A stretch of 64,000 nt of DNA from sequence record OZ035795.1; one strand, written 5' to 3'. This document shows positions 34,000 through 43,093 of this stretch, piece after piece; positions within the stretch are counted from its first letter, which is position 1; the number at the start of each line of letters is the position of its first letter. A program made the position numbers and the translations under genes. Under the pieces are notes generated by a model. That model made no database searches, was not told where the DNA came from, and was given only the letters and a program-made list of their open reading frames with translations. Origin of the DNA: Krischvirus LF73P4.

Positions 34000-34329
34000 A
34001 TGTGGACTGTAGAACAAATCGTAAACGACTCAACCGAAATTATCTCATGCGGCACTATTGAAGAATGTCTTAAAGCCGCTAACCGTGAATGTATTACGGT
34101 TTATGAATCACGTCGCGGTGATGGCAGCTTGATTCAAAGCGATTACCGCTACACCGCAAATAAAATTATCTTCCGTTTCTGGGAAAATGGTGTTAATGTT
34201 GGTGTCAGCCTACTGAAAATGTGGCGTGATTATTCCGAACGCTATTATGTTTCTCCTGATGTTGGTAATGAGTTTAAAACCGAGATCACAGAAGAAAACG
34301 TTAACGAAAACTATCTCAAGCTGGTTTGA
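34000..34329 (+). CDS. hypothetical protein (109 aa)
   Basis: exact SD2 context GAGAGGATTATATT-ATG. Confidence 0.55.
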   Translation: MWTVEQIVNDSTEIISCGTIEECLKAANRECITVYESRRGDGSLIQSDYRYTANKIIFRFWENGVNVGVSLLKMWRDYSERYYVSPDVGNEFKTEITEENVNENYLKLV

Positions 34330-34344
34330 TAGGAGATTTATATT

Positions 34345-34926
34345 ATGATTCAATGTGTATTTGCGATTGGTGACACTAAAATGTCGGATGAAAATTGGGC
34401 TTTTGGTTTTAAAGGCGGTTTACCGTGGGGTCGTCCAATCAAAAAGGACATGGAAAACTTTAAAATGCGCACTATGGGAGATGTTGATCTTGCGGCGGTT
34501 GTAATGGGACGCAATACCTTTGAAAGTCTTCCTAAAGCACTGGAAGGTCGTGTGAATGTGGTTGTTAGTACCGATACCAGTAAGCCAGCACCGAAAGCAA
34601 AAAACGGCGAACAACCTGATGTGTATACCGCGATTACTAATGATGGTGGATTGAAGGAATTATTAGAAGTCATAGAGAAATTGCAAGGTTTGGTAAGCGT
34701 TATCGGCGGACCTTCCCTGATTGAAAAAGCGGTTGACTTTGCGGACCGTATTGTGTTAACGTATGTTCAACGTTCAGGGGTCAACGATCCATTTGAATAT
34801 GATGTTGGTATCTCTAAGGAAATGATTCAGGAATTATATTTTGATTTTGCAACAAAAGAAGAACATAATTACTTCCTTGATGATTACCTGATCAGCGAAC
34901 AAATTTTAGAACGTAAGAAGGCGTAA
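34345..34926 (+). CDS. frd: dihydrofolate reductase
   Basis: GLPWGRP and VIGGPSL DHFR motifs; position next to td as in T4. Confidence 0.8.
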   Translation: MIQCVFAIGDTKMSDENWAFGFKGGLPWGRPIKKDMENFKMRTMGDVDLAAVVMGRNTFESLPKALEGRVNVVVSTDTSKPAPKAKNGEQPDVYTAITNDGGLKELLEVIEKLQGLVSVIGGPSLIEKAVDFADRIVLTYVQRSGVNDPFEYDVGISKEMIQELYFDFATKEEHNYFLDDYLISEQILERKKA

Positions 34927-34927
34927 C

Positions 34928-35020
34928 ATGAAAATTCTGACAGATTATGAGTGCAAACATTGTGGTGAATCTTTGATGTTTGCTGGTAGTCGGTGTTTAC
35001 ATTGTGGACGGGAACAATAA
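34928..35020 (+). CDS. zinc-ribbon mini-protein (30 aa, CxxC...CxxC); not in ORF track
   Basis: MKILTDYECKHCGESLMFAGSRCLHCGREQ; stop overlaps next ATG (TAATG). Confidence 0.4.
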   Translation: MKILTDYECKHCGESLMFAGSRCLHCGREQ

Positions 35021-35289
35021 TGAAAATAACCATTATTCAATTATGGTCAGCTACCAGTGAAAACTACGCAGTAGCCGTAGATTATTACGGGTTACAATAT
35101 CTCTATGATGAAGCTAAAGCGTCATGGCTTCCAGTACAGGAAAATAGCGACATTTCAAGACCTGTTACTGTATTCGATCCGGGCGTTGTCTTTATCGATA
35201 TTGACGAGACAGTAGCAAAACTGCGTAAGAAAGCAATCAATAAGAAAAAGGTGAAGTGGGATGAAAGAATATTTGAAACTGTTGCGTGA
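35020..35289 (+). CDS. hypothetical protein (89 aa; start adjusted to ATG 35020)
   Basis: translationally coupled to upstream mini-ORF; ORF track 34993..35289. Confidence 0.5.
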   Translation: MKITIIQLWSATSENYAVAVDYYGLQYLYDEAKASWLPVQENSDISRPVTVFDPGVVFIDIDETVAKLRKKAINKKKVKWDERIFETVA

Positions 35290-36484
35290 TGTTCTTGATA
35301 ATGGTTGGCCTCGTGAAGACCGCACGGGGGTAGGTACGCTCTCTAAATTCGGCGCAGAGATGCGAATTGATTTAAGCAAGGGTTTCCCCTTACTGACCAC
35401 TAAAAAGATGGCTACAGCCTCTGTAATTGGCGAATTGCTATGGTTTATGGAGGGATCACTTGACCGCCGTCGTTTACAGGAAATTACACGCGGTAAGTTT
35501 GACGAAGAAGCCTTCGACATTTGGCGCGGTAACTGTCTTGATATGAAAGAAAAGAATCCTTTGCGATTCAATGGTTATAATGTCGGTAATATGTATGGTA
35601 TGGCATGGCGACGCAAACCGATTCATCCACACGGTGAAATCAAAATTAAGCGCGTTAAGAGCAAATATACACATACATTTAAGCACCCGTGGGTAGAAGA
35701 CTTTACGCCAACTAACGACACAGAAGACCGTTTATGTGCTATCTGGCGTGGTATGCGTTATGAAGAGTTTGATTATATTCTGGTAGCAGACCACTGGAAG
35801 ACTCAATCTAATTTTGTTAATGATGCATATTGCTTGTGGGGATTCCAGGAATGGGTAGATGATGGTTATTTCGGTTATCTGCTTGATAATGAATATCTGG
35901 GCGGTGACATTTTAGCACCGGATACCACGATCTTTGTTAGTATGGACGTAGACACATCAAGCCCTAAAGACGATGAAGAATATGTCTATCGCCAGAAGAT
36001 CTGGGAAGACCAGTTACAAAAAGTTATTGACATGATCAAGAATGATCCATATAGTCGTCGTATTATCATTGATTCATGGAACGTACAGGAAACGCATAAT
36101 GCTGTGTTAGGTGTATGTCATCCGATGGTACAGTTTTATGTTTCCAACGACAACAAATTGAGTTGTTTATTTTTCATGCGTTCGAATGATCTCTTTTTAG
36201 GGAATCCGTTCAACGTAGCGAGCTATGCACTGTTAACGCATATCATCGCGAAGATTTGCGGGTTAGAAGTTGGCGAACTGGTTTATCAGTGTGGGGATTG
36301 CCACATTTACAAAAACCATTTTGATCAAGTTATGGAACAGTTAAGCCGTGTTCCGTTTGATAAACCAACAATTGAGTTGCCGGAATTTAAATCTTTAGAT
36401 GAGGTATTGACAAAGACTCCGAAAGACTTTAAAATTCACAACTATCAAAGCCATCCAGCAATCACCGCTCAAATGGCAGTATAA
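35261..36484 (+). CDS. td: thymidylate synthase (ThyA-type) with a large internal insertion
   Basis: N-terminal DRTGVGTLS, FPLLTTKK; C-terminal DPYSRRIIIDSWNV, CHPMVQFYV, LGNPFNVASYALLTHIIA match ThyA; 407 aa versus about 265-290 typical. Confidence 0.85.
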   Translation: MKEYLKLLRDVLDNGWPREDRTGVGTLSKFGAEMRIDLSKGFPLLTTKKMATASVIGELLWFMEGSLDRRRLQEITRGKFDEEAFDIWRGNCLDMKEKNPLRFNGYNVGNMYGMAWRRKPIHPHGEIKIKRVKSKYTHTFKHPWVEDFTPTNDTEDRLCAIWRGMRYEEFDYILVADHWKTQSNFVNDAYCLWGFQEWVDDGYFGYLLDNEYLGGDILAPDTTIFVSMDVDTSSPKDDEEYVYRQKIWEDQLQKVIDMIKNDPYSRRIIIDSWNVQETHNAVLGVCHPMVQFYVSNDNKLSCLFFMRSNDLFLGNPFNVASYALLTHIIAKICGLEVGELVYQCGDCHIYKNHFDQVMEQLSRVPFDKPTIELPEFKSLDEVLTKTPKDFKIHNYQSHPAITAQMAV

Positions 36485-36490
36485 ACAAAT

Positions 36491-36508
36491 GCGGGGAGAA
36501 ATCCCCGC
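36491..36508 (+). promoter_or_regulatory. conserved GCGGGG-AGAAAT-CCCCGC hairpin element
   Basis: perfect 6-bp stem hairpin between td stop and next SD; same element recurs in promoter spacers and after other genes. Confidence 0.5.
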
Positions 36509-36520
36509 TAGGAGTATCAA

Positions 36521-36838
36521 ATGAAAATATGCCGCGTTGTAAACAAGTACAATAGCGATTTTGATGTTAACATTCAGCGTGGTACTATGTGGGGAAATCC
36601 ATACACCGCCAAAGAATACGGACGCGAGAAAGCTATTGCATTATACAAAGAGTGGTTGTATAATAAGATTCGAAATGGTGAGATAACACGAGCGCATTTA
36701 GAAGTATTAAGACATATGCGCTTAGGTTGTACTTGTTACCCTAAGAAATGCCACGGTGAAGTATTGGCGGATCTCGTTAATAGAGTTTTCGGCGATACTC
36801 CAGAAAATACGCTTGATATATTAAGTGAGGTAATATGA
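36521..36838 (+). CDS. hypothetical protein, DUF4326-like (recalled family, unverified)
   Basis: GNPY ... CTCYPKKCHG pattern; directly upstream of nrdA with ATGA overlap. Confidence 0.5.
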   Translation: MKICRVVNKYNSDFDVNIQRGTMWGNPYTAKEYGREKAIALYKEWLYNKIRNGEITRAHLEVLRHMRLGCTCYPKKCHGEVLADLVNRVFGDTPENTLDILSEVI

Positions 36839-39078
36839 TTAAAAATGTTGTTAAGTCTTCCGGTCTGACTGTTCCGTTTGAAAAAGAAAAAGTAATGAAA
36901 ATTCTGGAAGCGGCAGCCGAAGGTCATAACGTTGATCCATATGAATTGTTTGATATGGTTGAACCACTTCTGACAGAAGGTATGTCTACCAATGATATCC
37001 AGAAAGTATTGATTAAGGTCGCCGCAGATAACATCACGGTAGAAACTCCTGATTATCAATATGTAGCAAGTAACCTTGCAATGTTCGCGCTTCGCAAATC
37101 AGTATACGGTCAATTCCAACCGATTGATTTTTACAGCCATATTGAGCGTAATATTGCAACCGGAAAATATGATCGCGAAATTCTGCAAAAATATTCCCGT
37201 GAAGAAGTGGAATATCTGGAGAAATTCATCGACCATAAACTTGATTTTAAAATGACCTATGCTGGTGCGATGCAGTTAAAAGAGAAATATCTTGTTCAAG
37301 ATCGCAGCACCAAGAAAATCATCGAAACACCGCAATTTGCGTATATGCTGATCGGTATGTGCTTGCATCAAGAAGAGACAGAAAATCGACTTGAACATGT
37401 GATTGATTTTTATAATGCGGTTGCGAATAAGCAAATCTCTCTGCCTACTCCGATTATGGCAGGTGTGCGTACCCCAACACGCCAATTTAGTTCGTGTGTG
37501 GTGATTGAAAGTGATGACTCATTGCAGGGTATTAATGAAACCGCAAATGCAATCATCAAGTATATTAGCAAGCGTGCTGGTATCGGTATCAACGCTGGCA
37601 TGATTCGCGCGGAAGGATCTAAGATCGGGCATGGTGAAGTTCGTCATACTGGAGTTATCCCATTCTGGAAACATTTTCAGACTGCCGTTAAGTCATGCTC
37701 ACAAGGCGGTATTCGTGGCGGGGCAGCGACACTCTATTACCCAATGTGGCATTTAGAGTTTGAAAGTCTGATTGTGTTAAAGAACAATAAGGGCGTGGAA
37801 GATAACCGCATTCGTCATCTTGATTACGGCGTACAGATTAATAACCTGATGGTAGAGCGATTCCTTAAACGGGATTACATTACTCTGTTTAGTCCAGATG
37901 TTGCGGGTGGCTTGTTGTGGGATCTGTACTTCCGAGACGAGGAAGGTTTCCGCCAACTTTACGAAAAACTGGAAAAAGATCCGAGTGTTCGTAAAACTCG
38001 TGTTAAAGCCGAAGACCTGTTTTTAGCGGTGGCAATTGAACGTTTTAACACTGGTCGAATCTACCCAACGTTCACAGACAACATGAACAATCACGGGGCG
38101 TTTATTCGTAATGTAGCACCGATTAAACAATCTAACCTGTGTTGTGAAATTGCACTGCCTACTAAACCGATGGGTCGTGATGATTCAGAGATCAGCCTAT
38201 GCACTTTGGCAGCATATGTTTTAGGTAATTTCGATATCGAAAACATGGAAGAAGTAGAACGCATTGCTATGGTTATGGTGCGTGCACTTGACAACCTGTT
38301 AGATTATCAGGATTATCCTGTAGAACAAGCTCTGACAGCAAAAAAACGTCGCTCTCTGGGCGTTGGTGTTACTAACTTTGCATCATATCTCGCGGATAAT
38401 TTCTTCACATATGAAGACGCTAACGAGTTTACGCATAAAACGTTTGAACGCTTGCAATATGCTCTGATTAAGGCTAGTGTGCAACTCGCAAAAGAGAAGG
38501 GTGCTTGCGAACTGATGCACGAAACACGCTACGGTCGCGGTGAACTTCCTATCGACTGGTACAAAAAGACAGTAGATGAACTGGTTGATCCGGTGTATGA
38601 GATGGATTGGGAAGAACTGCGCGAAGACCTGAAAAAATATGGCATTCGTAACAGTACGCTTTCGGCTCTGATGCCTTGTGAGTCGTCTTCTCAGGTATCT
38701 AACAGCACAAACGGTATTGAACCGCCTCGCGGGATTGTATCGGTTAAAGGATCGAAAGAAGGGCAATTTAATCAGGTTATTCCGAACGTAGAGAATAATG
38801 CTGATGTTATTGACCTGCTTTGGACACTGATCAAGAAAGGTAACAAGCCTTATCTGACACTTGCAGCGATCATGCAGAAGTTTGTAGACCAGGCGATTAG
38901 TTCCAACACATCCTACGATCCAAGCACTTATAAGACTGGTAAAGTCGATATTGCTGATGTGTTAGATGATATGTTGTTCGCTCAACATTACGGTCTGAAA
39001 ACCCTGTATTATGCGAACGTTCGCGACGGTGCAGATGGTACGGAAGACGCTAGCGAGTGTTCATCCTGTAAGCTGTAA
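36835..39078 (+). CDS. nrdA: ribonucleotide reductase class Ia, large subunit
   Basis: N-terminal ATP-cone, active-site region NLCCEIALP, C-terminal Cys pair; 747 aa. Confidence 0.95.
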   Translation: MIKNVVKSSGLTVPFEKEKVMKILEAAAEGHNVDPYELFDMVEPLLTEGMSTNDIQKVLIKVAADNITVETPDYQYVASNLAMFALRKSVYGQFQPIDFYSHIERNIATGKYDREILQKYSREEVEYLEKFIDHKLDFKMTYAGAMQLKEKYLVQDRSTKKIIETPQFAYMLIGMCLHQEETENRLEHVIDFYNAVANKQISLPTPIMAGVRTPTRQFSSCVVIESDDSLQGINETANAIIKYISKRAGIGINAGMIRAEGSKIGHGEVRHTGVIPFWKHFQTAVKSCSQGGIRGGAATLYYPMWHLEFESLIVLKNNKGVEDNRIRHLDYGVQINNLMVERFLKRDYITLFSPDVAGGLLWDLYFRDEEGFRQLYEKLEKDPSVRKTRVKAEDLFLAVAIERFNTGRIYPTFTDNMNNHGAFIRNVAPIKQSNLCCEIALPTKPMGRDDSEISLCTLAAYVLGNFDIENMEEVERIAMVMVRALDNLLDYQDYPVEQALTAKKRRSLGVGVTNFASYLADNFFTYEDANEFTHKTFERLQYALIKASVQLAKEKGACELMHETRYGRGELPIDWYKKTVDELVDPVYEMDWEELREDLKKYGIRNSTLSALMPCESSSQVSNSTNGIEPPRGIVSVKGSKEGQFNQVIPNVENNADVIDLLWTLIKKGNKPYLTLAAIMQKFVDQAISSNTSYDPSTYKTGKVDIADVLDDMLFAQHYGLKTLYYANVRDGADGTEDASECSSCKL

Positions 39079-39086
39079 AATAACTG

Positions 39087-39115
39087 TTGACGCGGGGAGA
39101 AATCCCCGCTATAAT
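39087..39115 (+). promoter_or_regulatory. sigma70-type early promoter (PeSL-like)
   Basis: TTGACG (39087-39092), spacer CGGGGAGAAATCCCCGC, TATAAT (39110-39115); 32-bp identical copy at 39977-40008. Confidence 0.7.
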
Positions 39116-39133
39116 GTGAGGTGAATTGTAAGA

Positions 39134-39983
39134 ATGAATTATTACAATGAGTGGGATAAAGGCGCGGCTAACTGGTTACGTGAACTTATAGCAAACAAAT
39201 TAATTCCTTATGGGTATGTCGATGAAAGATCAATTACAGAAGTCACCCCTAGAGATCTGGAAGGATTTACACAATGTCACTTCTTCGCGGGGATTGGGGG
39301 GTGGTCAAGAGCATTGCAACTCGCTGGAGTACCAGAAACAACAAGGCTATGGGCCGGATCGCCACCATGTCAACCATTTTCAAGAGCCGGAAAGCAAAAA
39401 GGAAAGTTCGACGAAAGACACCTTGCACCGACATTTCTTAAACTCGTGTCAGCGTGCAAACCTCCAATGCTCTTTGGGGAACAGGTTGCAAAAGCTATCG
39501 AAACCGGGTGGTTGGATGATCTTCACGAGGAATTGGAAAGAGAAGGTTACAGTGTCGGGGCTGCGGTATTATCATGTGATATCGTCGGTGCGCCGCACAA
39601 GCGGGACAGACTTTTCTTCGGGGCTATTAACGAGTTGGCAAACACCTACTGTAACGAATATATCAGCAAGATCGCCGGGCAATGCAACGGAGAATGGAAG
39701 CGAGACTTGCAACGGGGAGGAAATCACTAGCGCCGGGAAATTTATCAGAACAAGTGAAGATGTATTACGGTTTTGGGACAGTGGAACAGAGTATCTATGC
39801 AGAGACGGGAAAAAACGAATTGTTGAACCCACGATTCCCTTGTTGGCTGATGGGGTATCCTCAACAATGGGACGATTGCGCGGTTATGGCAATGCGATAG
39901 TTCCTCAAGTCGGAGCACTTTTTATAGAAAGTTTTGTAGGTGCTTACATTGATGCTTGCGATGGATTGTCAAATAGCTGTTGA
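39134..39983 (+). pseudogene. DNA cytosine-C5 methyltransferase (Dcm-like) disrupted by frameshifts
   Basis: frame 2 carries motifs I (FAGIGG), IV (SPPCQPFS), VI (EQV), VIII (RDRLF); motif IX-like LMGYPQQW lies in frame 1 (39850-39879) and motif X GNAIVPQV in frame 0 (39888-39911). Confidence 0.6.
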
Positions 39984-40008
39984 CGCGGGGAGAAATCCCC
40001 GCTATAAT
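39980..40008 (+). promoter_or_regulatory. sigma70-type early promoter (PeSL-like)
   Basis: TTGACG (39980-39985), CGGGGAGAAATCCCCGC spacer, TATAAT (40003-40008). Confidence 0.7.
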
Positions 40009-40039
40009 ACAACCATCAAAAACAAGTGAGGATTTTATT

Positions 40040-40207
40040 ATGACCAAATTAAAATGTGTTGCTGTAGATTTTGAACTAGCTGATAGCTTTGTTGTTGGTG
40101 ATGAATATGATGCTCGACATGATGGGACTTGCTACTACGTCGAGGATGAATACGGTGTAGAATGGGCGATTCTTCCTGATGATAAATGTTTTGAGGTTGT
40201 CGGATAA
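40040..40207 (+). CDS. hypothetical protein (55 aa)
   Basis: SD2 context GTGAGGATTTTATT-ATG; ORF track 39980..40207 trimmed. Confidence 0.45.
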   Translation: MTKLKCVAVDFELADSFVVGDEYDARHDGTCYYVEDEYGVEWAILPDDKCFEVVG

Positions 40208-40380
40208 TGGCTACTGTATGGTTATTGATTGCAATAAGCAATTCAATGTATAATTACGGAAATATGTCAAGCATTGAGTTTGCAACAAAGCAGGATTGCG
40301 TTAAAGCTCGCGAGATTATCCGCGAAGACAATAAACGCTTTATGAATCTATATTGCGTTGAAAAACAAAAGGTGAACTAA
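40207..40380 (+). CDS. hypothetical small protein (57 aa), MATxWLL family A; not in ORF track
   Basis: TAATG-coupled ATG; N-terminus MATVWLLIAIS... Confidence 0.4.
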   Translation: MATVWLLIAISNSMYNYGNMSSIEFATKQDCVKAREIIREDNKRFMNLYCVEKQKVN

Positions 40381-40547
40381 TGGCTACATTATGGTTATTG
40401 CTTTCCGTTAGCGTAGGCGTATATAATAAAGGAACTGTTACCAGCGTAGAGTTTTCATCATATCAAAATTGTTTTGAAGCTGTGCAGGAATTGCAGCAGG
40501 ATAGCGAAATAAACAGAAATACTAAGTTCTTTTGTGTTAAAAAGTGA
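40380..40547 (+). CDS. hypothetical small protein (55 aa), MATxWLL family B; not in ORF track
   Basis: TAATG-coupled ATG; N-terminus MATLWLLLSVS..., paralog of preceding ORF. Confidence 0.4.
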   Translation: MATLWLLLSVSVGVYNKGTVTSVEFSSYQNCFEAVQELQQDSEINRNTKFFCVKK

Positions 40548-40562
40548 TAGTGAGGTGAATTA

Positions 40563-41726
40563 ATGAGCGTATTTAACCGCGAACATGTTGATATTATGAA
40601 CGAACCGATGTTTCTGGGTAGTGGGTTGGGTATCGCTCGCTATGATATTCAGCGTCATCAAGTATTTGAAGAATTAATTGAAAAATCTCTGTCATTTTTC
40701 TGGCGTCCAGAAGAGATTTCACTTGCAACCGACCGCATTCAATATCTTAATATGGGTGACGTTGAAAAGCGTTTCTTTACCGAAAACTTGAAGTATCAGA
40801 CATTACTTGATTCTATTCAAGGTCGCGCACCGTCCGCAGCATTTGGTCCAATTGTATCTGATCCAACTCTCGATACATGGTTGCAAACATGGACATTCAG
40901 CGAAACGATTCATAGCAGAAGCTATACACACATTATGCGTAACTGTTTCATTGATCCGGCTAGTGAGTTCGACCAGATCATCGATAACCCTGCTATCATG
41001 AAGCGAGCGGAATCTATCGGGAAATATTATGATGATGTTCTGGTGAAAATCCGTGAATACGAGGACGCTAAAGAAAGTTTTAGTCGTTCTTCTGAAAATG
41101 AATTTGACCTTGATGCATATTCTGATAGCATTTCGTACGTGGAAGAAACTAAACGCAATCTGATGGAATCACTCTATCTGTGTATGCATTGCGTTAATGC
41201 ACTGGAGGCAATCCGTTTTTATGTGTCCTTTGCATGTACTTTCAGCTTTGCCGAACGTGGTTTACTGGAAGGTAACGCGAAGATCATGAAATTTATTGCG
41301 CGTGATGAACAACTTCACTTAAAAGGCACACAATACATTATTCGTCAATGGCAAACGGGGGTTGATGGTGATGAGTGGAAACAGATTGCGGAAGAACTTG
41401 AAGGCGAAGCAACGAAAATCTTTCTGGATGTTGTCGAGCAAGAAAAAGAATGGGTAGACCACCTATTCGCAATGGGGTCAATTCCTGGCTTGTCACCGGA
41501 AATTCTGAAAACTTATGTAGAATACCTGGCAGATTCCCGTATGCGTGCTGTCGGACTGAAAAGCCCGTTTAGTGTTCGTCGTCATCCTTTACCGTGGATG
41601 CGTAAGTGGTTAAACTCTGACGAAGTACAGAATGCAGCGCAAGAAGTAGAGATTATGTATCTGGTATCTCAGGTTAATACCGATTTAACAGACGATGACT
41701 ACAACCGATTCGGGAAATATCTATGA
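40563..41726 (+). CDS. nrdB: ribonucleotide reductase class Ia, small subunit
   Basis: diiron/tyrosyl radical protein signature segments; 387 aa; SD2-like GTGAGGTGAATTA-ATG. Confidence 0.95.
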   Translation: MSVFNREHVDIMNEPMFLGSGLGIARYDIQRHQVFEELIEKSLSFFWRPEEISLATDRIQYLNMGDVEKRFFTENLKYQTLLDSIQGRAPSAAFGPIVSDPTLDTWLQTWTFSETIHSRSYTHIMRNCFIDPASEFDQIIDNPAIMKRAESIGKYYDDVLVKIREYEDAKESFSRSSENEFDLDAYSDSISYVEETKRNLMESLYLCMHCVNALEAIRFYVSFACTFSFAERGLLEGNAKIMKFIARDEQLHLKGTQYIIRQWQTGVDGDEWKQIAEELEGEATKIFLDVVEQEKEWVDHLFAMGSIPGLSPEILKTYVEYLADSRMRAVGLKSPFSVRRHPLPWMRKWLNSDEVQNAAQEVEIMYLVSQVNTDLTDDDYNRFGKYL

Positions 41727-42199
41727 TATATTTTGTCGATTTAGATTTTACGATCACAGATCCAACGCATCGACTAGCAAAGATGCCAACCGAAAATCTT
41801 GATAAAGTCGAGTCATGGATCGAATATAACAAAGCATGTGGGGGAGATTCCCCCATTTACGATGTAATTCGTGTTATTAATGCTCTTTCCGACAACGGGC
41901 ATTTGATTTACATCCTCACAGGACGAAGTTCACATGCTTACATGGAAACAATTGATTGGTTAATTTCTAACGGGGTGTGTTTTGATAAAATCTTTATGAG
42001 AGGCCGTACCGATTCCCGTAAAGACTATCACATCAAATTAGAGGTAATTAAATCCTTTGATAAAGATGAAGTTGTCGGAGTCTTTGAGGATAACCCAGAA
42101 GTGATTAAAGTTTTGCGTGAAAATGGTTATCGTGTCTTTGACGTAGGAAATCACAAAGATAAGACGCGAGCGGATATTGCAAATCACGGTCATGATTAA
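41723..42199 (+). CDS. HAD-superfamily phosphatase-like protein
   Basis: N-terminal VDLDFTIT (DxDxT) motif; ATGA overlap with nrdB stop. Confidence 0.55.
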   Translation: MIYFVDLDFTITDPTHRLAKMPTENLDKVESWIEYNKACGGDSPIYDVIRVINALSDNGHLIYILTGRSSHAYMETIDWLISNGVCFDKIFMRGRTDSRKDYHIKLEVIKSFDKDEVVGVFEDNPEVIKVLRENGYRVFDVGNHKDKTRADIANHGHD

Positions 42200-42208
42200 T
42201 GTTTGTTC

Positions 42209-42236
42209 AAAGTCGCCCATAGTGGCGACTTTTTTG
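42209..42236 (+). terminator. rho-independent terminator
   Basis: AGTCGCC-CATAGT-GGCGACT hairpin followed by TTTTTTG. Confidence 0.7.
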
Positions 42237-42246
42237 TTATTGGGTG

Positions 42247-42275
42247 TTGACAATCTGATCTTGCCATAGCATAAT
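42247..42275 (+). promoter_or_regulatory. sigma70-type early promoter
   Basis: TTGACA (42247-42252), 17-nt spacer, CATAAT (42270-42275). Confidence 0.65.
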
Positions 42276-42299
42276 ACGCACATCGAAACGGAGGAACAT

Positions 42300-42518
42300 A
42301 TGGAAACAGAAGAACAAGTCATTGCATATTTTCATCGTAAAAAGATGAAACTTAGAATCGAAAAGCAGTACATCAATCACTACATTGACCGAGTTCACTT
42401 AACAAGTACACCTTACCTATTCCGGTTGATAAACCCTAGAAAACGGTGGGAGAAGTTGGATAGAAACACAAAAATAATTGATAAGCTCACCCAATGGTGG
42501 AATGAATACAACAAGTAA
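42300..42518 (+). CDS. hypothetical protein (72 aa)
   Basis: SD ACGGAGGAACAT-ATG downstream of promoter. Confidence 0.5.
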   Translation: METEEQVIAYFHRKKMKLRIEKQYINHYIDRVHLTSTPYLFRLINPRKRWEKLDRNTKIIDKLTQWWNEYNK

Positions 42519-42525
42519 AAAGTAG

Positions 42526-42554
42526 TTGACACTGAATAACGGGGGTAGTAAGAT
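42526..42554 (+). promoter_or_regulatory. sigma70-type early promoter (PeSL-like)
   Basis: TTGACA (42526-42531), 17-nt spacer, TAAGAT (42549-42554); GGGGGTAGTA...TACTCCC palindrome. Confidence 0.65.
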
Positions 42555-42587
42555 ACTCCCATCGAAACGAAACAAAGGAGAATCAAA

Positions 42588-42806
42588 ATGAAATTTACTT
42601 GCACCGACTCTATCAGCAAACACTTTGTAGTAGGCGAAGTATACGAATCTACTACCATTCGCCAGCGTGACCTGATGGGTCGCCTTTACAATCAGCCAGT
42701 ATTCATTATTGGCGAAGAATTGTTCTACATTGAAAACCGTCCGTGGGTTGCTTTCAATAAACGAGGACGCAAGGTAGCAAAATTCGAACTTGTCATTAAA
42801 AAGTAG
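42588..42806 (+). CDS. hypothetical protein (72 aa)
   Basis: SD1 context. Confidence 0.5.
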   Translation: MKFTCTDSISKHFVVGEVYESTTIRQRDLMGRLYNQPVFIIGEELFYIENRPWVAFNKRGRKVAKFELVIKK

Positions 42807-42835
42807 TTGACAGCATGAAACGGGGGTAGTAATAT
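42807..42835 (+). promoter_or_regulatory. sigma70-type early promoter (PeSL-like)
   Basis: TTGACA (42807-42812), 17-nt spacer, TAATAT (42830-42835). Confidence 0.65.
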
Positions 42836-42873
42836 ACCCCCATCGAAACGAAATACACTTTAAGGAGAATCAA

Positions 42874-43023
42874 ATGAACAACTTTGACGCGGTACTGAAA
42901 ATGGCAATCGAAACTTACGCGGAGATCTCCGGCGAGAAAGTAGAGGACATTATCAAAGAATGTCAGAACTTTGAAAGCCAGACAGCCAAGAATGTTCAAA
43001 TGTTGATGTTTGCGGTTGCATAA
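42874..43023 (+). CDS. hypothetical protein (49 aa); not in ORF track
   Basis: SD1 context AAGGAGAATCAA-ATG after promoter. Confidence 0.45.
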   Translation: MNNFDAVLKMAIETYAEISGEKVEDIIKECQNFESQTAKNVQMLMFAVA

Positions 43024-43031
43024 AAAAGCAG

Positions 43032-43060
43032 TTGACAGCATATCACGGGAGTAGTAAGAT
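43032..43060 (+). promoter_or_regulatory. sigma70-type early promoter (PeSL-like)
   Basis: TTGACA (43032-43037), 17-nt spacer, TAAGAT (43055-43060). Confidence 0.65.
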
Positions 43061-43093
43061 ACTCCCATACCAAAACAACTAAGGAGTATCAAG

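Noticed and set aside
35261-36484. Group I intron or intein in td (also considered for nrdB and nrdD, which carry introns in T4)
   Set aside because: td, nrdB and nrdD are each a single uninterrupted ORF. The extra length in td is translated in frame and lacks recognisable intein termini, so it is reported as a protein insertion instead.
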